Source: a virus (taxonomy: Duplodnaviria > Caudoviricetes). Taken from it: a DNA stretch of 51,656 nt. Both the position numbers and the translations under genes were made by a program. The stretch is from positions 1-51,656 of IMG/VR virus record IMGVR_UViG_3300032046_000037. One strand, 5' to 3'. Positions 48,121 to 51,656 of the stretch are shown here, in pieces (positions within the stretch are counted from its first letter, which is position 1; each line of letters starts with the position of its first letter). The notes under the pieces are model-generated. The model was not told the DNA's origin and did no database searches. It worked only from the letters and a program-made list of their open reading frames with translations.

Positions 48121-49179
48121 ATGAGTAGAAAGCACGGGGATAAAGGGAAGCATAAAGATAAAGGATTGCGATTCTGGCAGGGTAATGGAAAGCCAGCGAT
48201 AACGAAGGTGGGGAAAGGGGGGATGGAGATGGTATTAAGAATAAGTCCAATGGCGTGGGCAAAGATACTCTGGTTCAAAGACAAGGCAGATGGATTAGAG
48301 ATAAGTGGATTTGGAGTAACGGCAGTAGATGACCCACTATATATGGAAGAATTCCACACCATAAAGCAGGAATGCACCGGCAGCAGTGTGGATATAGATG
48401 ATGAGGATATTGGCAGGTATTTTGACGAGCAAGTGAACAGGGGAAAGCAACCAAAAGACTTCGCAAGGATATGGATACATACACATCCAGATGGAGTCAC
48501 ACAGCCAAGCGGGGTAGATACAAATACACAGGAGAGCGGGTTGGGGGGTGCAAGCTGGACTATTATGATGGTAGTAGTGGGGGAAGGGGCAATAGCTAGG
48601 ATAAGGGTGATACCCTTTGGCAATTATGCAACGGAAGGAGAGATACCAGTAAGGATAGATTGGACGGAGAGACCCTTTGGTGGGTCTGACTTTGAGGGAT
48701 GGGGGCGGGAGTTTGATAAGAACATAAAGAGGAAAGCAATAGTATGGGAAGTAGGAGTAACTGATGCTCTAATTTCAAATAGATGGGGAATAGCAGGAAT
48801 AGCAGGAATAGCAACAGCAGGGGCAGTGCCAGACAACAAGGTGATAATGCCAGCAACAATGGTAAGTAATAGGGAGACCATCATTATGGGGGATTGGGCG
48901 CTAACGGCAGCGGATATTGGATGTCTGAAGAATAGAGGGTTCACACTTATGGAAATAGATATGTATGGAGATATGTTATTCGGAATGACACCGGCACAGT
49001 TGGAACGGTATGAGTGCAACTTGTATGGAGTTAGTCTGGAACAGTTACGGGACGAGAAAGTAGTAGAAAGGAAAATAGGAGATAGTTATGAAAACAGCAA
49101 GCAAGAGGAAAGTAGAGACAACGGAAGTGGAAGTGGAAGACCCCCGGTTCATACGACAGCAGGAGATAATACCCCTTAA
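48121..49179 (+). CDS. JAB/MPN+ (JAMM) metallopeptidase
   Basis: EISGFG and HTHPDGVTQPSGVD = HxH-x7-S-x2-D. Confidence 0.9.
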   Translation: MSRKHGDKGKHKDKGLRFWQGNGKPAITKVGKGGMEMVLRISPMAWAKILWFKDKADGLEISGFGVTAVDDPLYMEEFHTIKQECTGSSVDIDDEDIGRYFDEQVNRGKQPKDFARIWIHTHPDGVTQPSGVDTNTQESGLGGASWTIMMVVVGEGAIARIRVIPFGNYATEGEIPVRIDWTERPFGGSDFEGWGREFDKNIKRKAIVWEVGVTDALISNRWGIAGIAGIATAGAVPDNKVIMPATMVSNRETIIMGDWALTAADIGCLKNRGFTLMEIDMYGDMLFGMTPAQLERYECNLYGVSLEQLRDEKVVERKIGDSYENSKQEESRDNGSGSGRPPVHTTAGDNTP

Positions 49180-49894
49180 AGCCATACAGGAGTTGACAGT
49201 CTTGGTAGCGGGGGTAGGAGCAGTGGGGAGGCAGGTGGCACTGCAACTAGCGGCAATGGGTATAGGCACAGGAGGAGAGGGGGGAAGGTTGATTCTGGTT
49301 GACCCAGATGTTGTAGAGAGACATAATTGTGCCACGCAGGGATATACCCAAGGAGATGAAAATAAGAACAAATCTATAGTAACAACAGTGGATTGCCGAG
49401 GCATCCATGGAGTAGGGGAGAGAGGTATTCAGTATTATTCTTATGGAGAGGGGGTCAAGGCAGAGGATATTGACTATGGTGACGAAAAGGTGGATATAGT
49501 ATTTGTATGTGTGGATAATATGGAAGCACGGGGAAGGATATGGCGGAGGATAATTAAGACAGGGAAGGGAATCAAGCTGGTAATAGATACCAGGATGGAC
49601 TCGGAGGTAATAAGGATACTGACAGTGCCGTTGGATGATTCGGATGATATGGATGCTATGGTGGTAGTAGATAGATATGTAAGGGAGGCATTGTTTGCAG
49701 ATGAGAAAGCAACAGAGGGAAGATGCACGGCAAGGATGACTATATATTCAGCGGCTGTGAACGCAGGATTGGCTGTGGCACAGTTTGCCAAGTGGTTACG
49801 GAGAGACAAGGGAATACCTCTGCAGAAGGATATATCCTTTAATCTTCTGACTATGGAGTTATCGGATTTGTATGGTAATGGGGGGAGTAGGTAA
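49088..49894 (+). CDS. ThiF/E1-like adenylyltransferase
   Basis: RFIRQ, GVGAVG, DPDVVERHN, CVDN, DTRM, candidate catalytic Cys in GRCTAR; AGGAG RBS. Confidence 0.92.
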   Translation: MKTASKRKVETTEVEVEDPRFIRQQEIIPLKAIQELTVLVAGVGAVGRQVALQLAAMGIGTGGEGGRLILVDPDVVERHNCATQGYTQGDENKNKSIVTTVDCRGIHGVGERGIQYYSYGEGVKAEDIDYGDEKVDIVFVCVDNMEARGRIWRRIIKTGKGIKLVIDTRMDSEVIRILTVPLDDSDDMDAMVVVDRYVREALFADEKATEGRCTARMTIYSAAVNAGLAVAQFAKWLRRDKGIPLQKDISFNLLTMELSDLYGNGGSR

Positions 49895-49926
49895 TAGGTA
49901 GTAGGTAAGAGGTAAGGAGATAAGGT

Positions 49927-50136
49927 ATGGGAACGATTAGTGTAAGGTGGAGTTATCCATCAAAGTATGACAGACAAATGGAGATAAAGGAGGGGGAGAC
50001 CCTCGCAAGCATAGTAGGGCGGCAAATAGGCCATATAAGTAGAGATGATAAAGTGCGGGTTGAGTTGAATGGAAAGGAAGCATCTTTAACTACTGTGGTG
50101 AAGGTTGGAGACAAGATACATATTTTTACATCCTAG
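49927..50136 (+). CDS. Second ubiquitin-like (ThiS/MoaD-like) protein without C-terminal Gly
   Basis: EIKEGETLASIV, VELNG, VKVGDKIHIF. Confidence 0.7.
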   Translation: MGTISVRWSYPSKYDRQMEIKEGETLASIVGRQIGHISRDDKVRVELNGKEASLTTVVKVGDKIHIFTS

Positions 50137-50169
50137 GAATAGGAAACAGGAAAAGAGAAAGGAGCAAGT

Positions 50170-50610
50170 ATGTGTTTGGACATTGTATATAGTGAAACGA
50201 AAAGGGAGAGGAGGTTGGCGAGGAAGCGGCAGGATGTATTTGCTGTTTATAAGAATGTAGAGTGGGGATGGAAAAGGGGAAAGCTAGTGGCATGTCCGGA
50301 GATATTCGGGTATAAGAGCCGTCACTTCAAGGCGGGGATTAACAAGGCTAAGGAGATGGGACCACATCGGATAATACAGGCAAACGCCGGGGGATGGTAT
50401 GAGGCAGGATTCCATTGTTATATGGCGCAGGCCGGATGCCTAAGAAACCGGAAGCAACTGAGATGCTTTGTGAAGAAGAGGGATATAGTAGCAATGGGAA
50501 AGCAGATGGGACTGGTAGTTATAGTGGCCAGCAAGATGAGGATTTATAAAAAAGATTGGGATAAAGCGAAAGGGGTGTTTGAGGACTATTTAGCAATAGA
50601 GTGGGGATAA
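50170..50610 (+). CDS. Hypothetical basic protein
   Basis: MCLD start, YEAGFHCY motif; AAGGAG RBS. Confidence 0.7.
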   Translation: MCLDIVYSETKRERRLARKRQDVFAVYKNVEWGWKRGKLVACPEIFGYKSRHFKAGINKAKEMGPHRIIQANAGGWYEAGFHCYMAQAGCLRNRKQLRCFVKKRDIVAMGKQMGLVVIVASKMRIYKKDWDKAKGVFEDYLAIEWG

Positions 50611-50639
50611 GTAAAGAGAAAAGAGAAGGGAGGCAGAAG

Positions 50640-51083
50640 ATGGTTCGCAAGAATGAGGATATGGAAATGGAAATGGAAATGGAGGAAGTAGAGGGGGAGC
50701 AGGGGCATAAAGGGAAGTTTGCAGAGGCCGTTGAACGGGGCAATGAAAATAGTGGAGAATTGAAGAAGGACTCGGAGGAGGCCCCGGAATTGCTCATGGG
50801 GGAGATTCCAAAGTATATGAAACTGGAAGAGGAGACGCTGATAATTGAGGTGGAGGACTTCGAGGGGCGAAGGGAGTTGAGGATAGGGGTGGATGAGGTA
50901 GCGAAGTATTACGCAGAGGAAGCACCAAATATAACGAGTGGATGCAGGACATTGGCCGGATATACAGGAGATTGGAGGAATATAGACCAGTTGGCAGGGG
51001 CCTGCTTGGCTACATTCATACATGTATGTCCAGAGAAAATGAAGGAAGCGGGGAAGAGGGTAGGACTGAAAGCAAGGTTTTAA
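50640..51083 (+). CDS. Hypothetical acidic protein
   Basis: GGAGG RBS before ATG 50640. Confidence 0.65.
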   Translation: MVRKNEDMEMEMEMEEVEGEQGHKGKFAEAVERGNENSGELKKDSEEAPELLMGEIPKYMKLEEETLIIEVEDFEGRRELRIGVDEVAKYYAEEAPNITSGCRTLAGYTGDWRNIDQLAGACLATFIHVCPEKMKEAGKRVGLKARF

Positions 51084-51106
51084 CAGAACGAAGATAGGAG
51101 GCAAGT

Positions 51107-51295
51107 ATGTTGACAGAGAAAGATTTTGAGGAAATAGCAGGGACAGTGAAGGATGCCAGAGAGGCAATAGATACAGGGGGAGCACCAAGGGAGGAATACT
51201 TGGCAGTGAGGCTGGCAGACTGGCTGGAAGAGCAGAACCCCCGATTCGACAGGGATAAGTTCCTGAAGGCGTGTGGTATGGAGGATAGAGAATGA
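51107..51295 (+). CDS. Small hypothetical protein
   Basis: KDFEEIA...NPRFDRDKFLKACG motif recalled from phage ORFs; AGGAGG RBS. Confidence 0.75.
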   Translation: MLTEKDFEEIAGTVKDAREAIDTGGAPREEYLAVRLADWLEEQNPRFDRDKFLKACGMEDRE

Positions 51296-51531
51296 GAATG
51301 ACAGTAGGCGATGAGCATAGGTATTACTTGGAGGATGGAGACAGGGTATATTCAACAGGATGCTGGCTGGAATGGCGGGAGGCGGTGGGGGGCAGCAGCG
51401 AGGAAAGACCAACCACTGATGAAGGTATGGTGTGGGTGTTCGGTGGGTGGGAGGATGATACATACTTCGATGGAGAGCCGTTAGAGTGGGACGATGAATT
51501 GAGCAGGCCATATATAGTAGAGAAGAATTGA
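51292..51531 (+). CDS. Hypothetical acidic protein
   Basis: ATGA-coupled 79-aa ORF. Confidence 0.6.
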   Translation: MRMTVGDEHRYYLEDGDRVYSTGCWLEWREAVGGSSEERPTTDEGMVWVFGGWEDDTYFDGEPLEWDDELSRPYIVEKN

Positions 51532-51545
51532 AAGGGGAATGGCAA

Positions 51546-51656
51546 ATGAAAACAAAAGGACACAAACGAAAATCAAAAGATATTTGGGATAGAGTATCCG
51601 ACTTTCTATCTAACATTGAAAGGGGGATGTTCTGGCACGTTCACCACGATAAGCTG
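51546..51656 (+). CDS. 5' part of junction-spanning hypothetical phage protein (continues at 11..391)
   Basis: ATG at 51546 gives MKTKGHK...FWHVHHDKL and joins in frame with 11..391. Confidence 0.75.
   Translation, partial: MKTKGHKRKSKDIWDRVSDFLSNIERGMFWHVHHDKL

Noticed and set aside
46526-48623. Long minus-strand ORFs (300 and 259 aa)
   Set aside because: Pro/Ser/Leu-rich by-products of purine bias, opposite well-supported genes
46583-50136. Thiamine/molybdopterin sulfur-carrier auxiliary metabolic genes
   Set aside because: No ThiG, MoaE or cysteine synthase nearby, no GG terminus, and an E2-like gene is present
1-51656. Prophage/temperate module, tRNA genes or alternative genetic code
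   Set aside because: No integrase or host flanks, no cloverleaf recognised, and standard-code ORFs tile the genome using all three stops

Overview
This window looks like a complete, circularly assembled ~51.6 kb tailed dsDNA phage genome. The first and last 10 nt are identical and one ORF reads through the join. Essentially all credible genes are on the + strand. Gene order: DNA methyltransferase, packaging (terminase, portal), scaffold, major capsid, four consecutive signal-peptide proteins, head-tail adaptor, tail fibre, nozzle-like protein and large helical internal-virion proteins (podovirus-like layout), then replication/recombination (UDG-fused family A polymerase, ERCC4 nuclease, PD-(D/E)XK nuclease, Sak4-like ATPase, SSB, AAA+ helicase-like ATPase), nucleotide-modification genes, a second methyltransferase and a purine-rich, probably early region. 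The most striking element is in that last region: an apparently intact phage-encoded ubiquitin-like conjugation operon (Ubl ending in GA, E2-like enzyme with a Cys/His-rich tail, JAB/MPN+ peptidase, ThiF/E1 enzyme, and a second Ubl with no C-terminal Gly). Second, the 11-mer TTCTGCAGAGG recurs at least 13 times genome-wide, in both orientations and several reading frames. Two repeat-rich non-coding blocks sharing palindromes flank the early region. No integrase, tRNA, CRISPR array or reverse transcriptase was recognised. All calls come from reading motifs by eye; no database searches were run.
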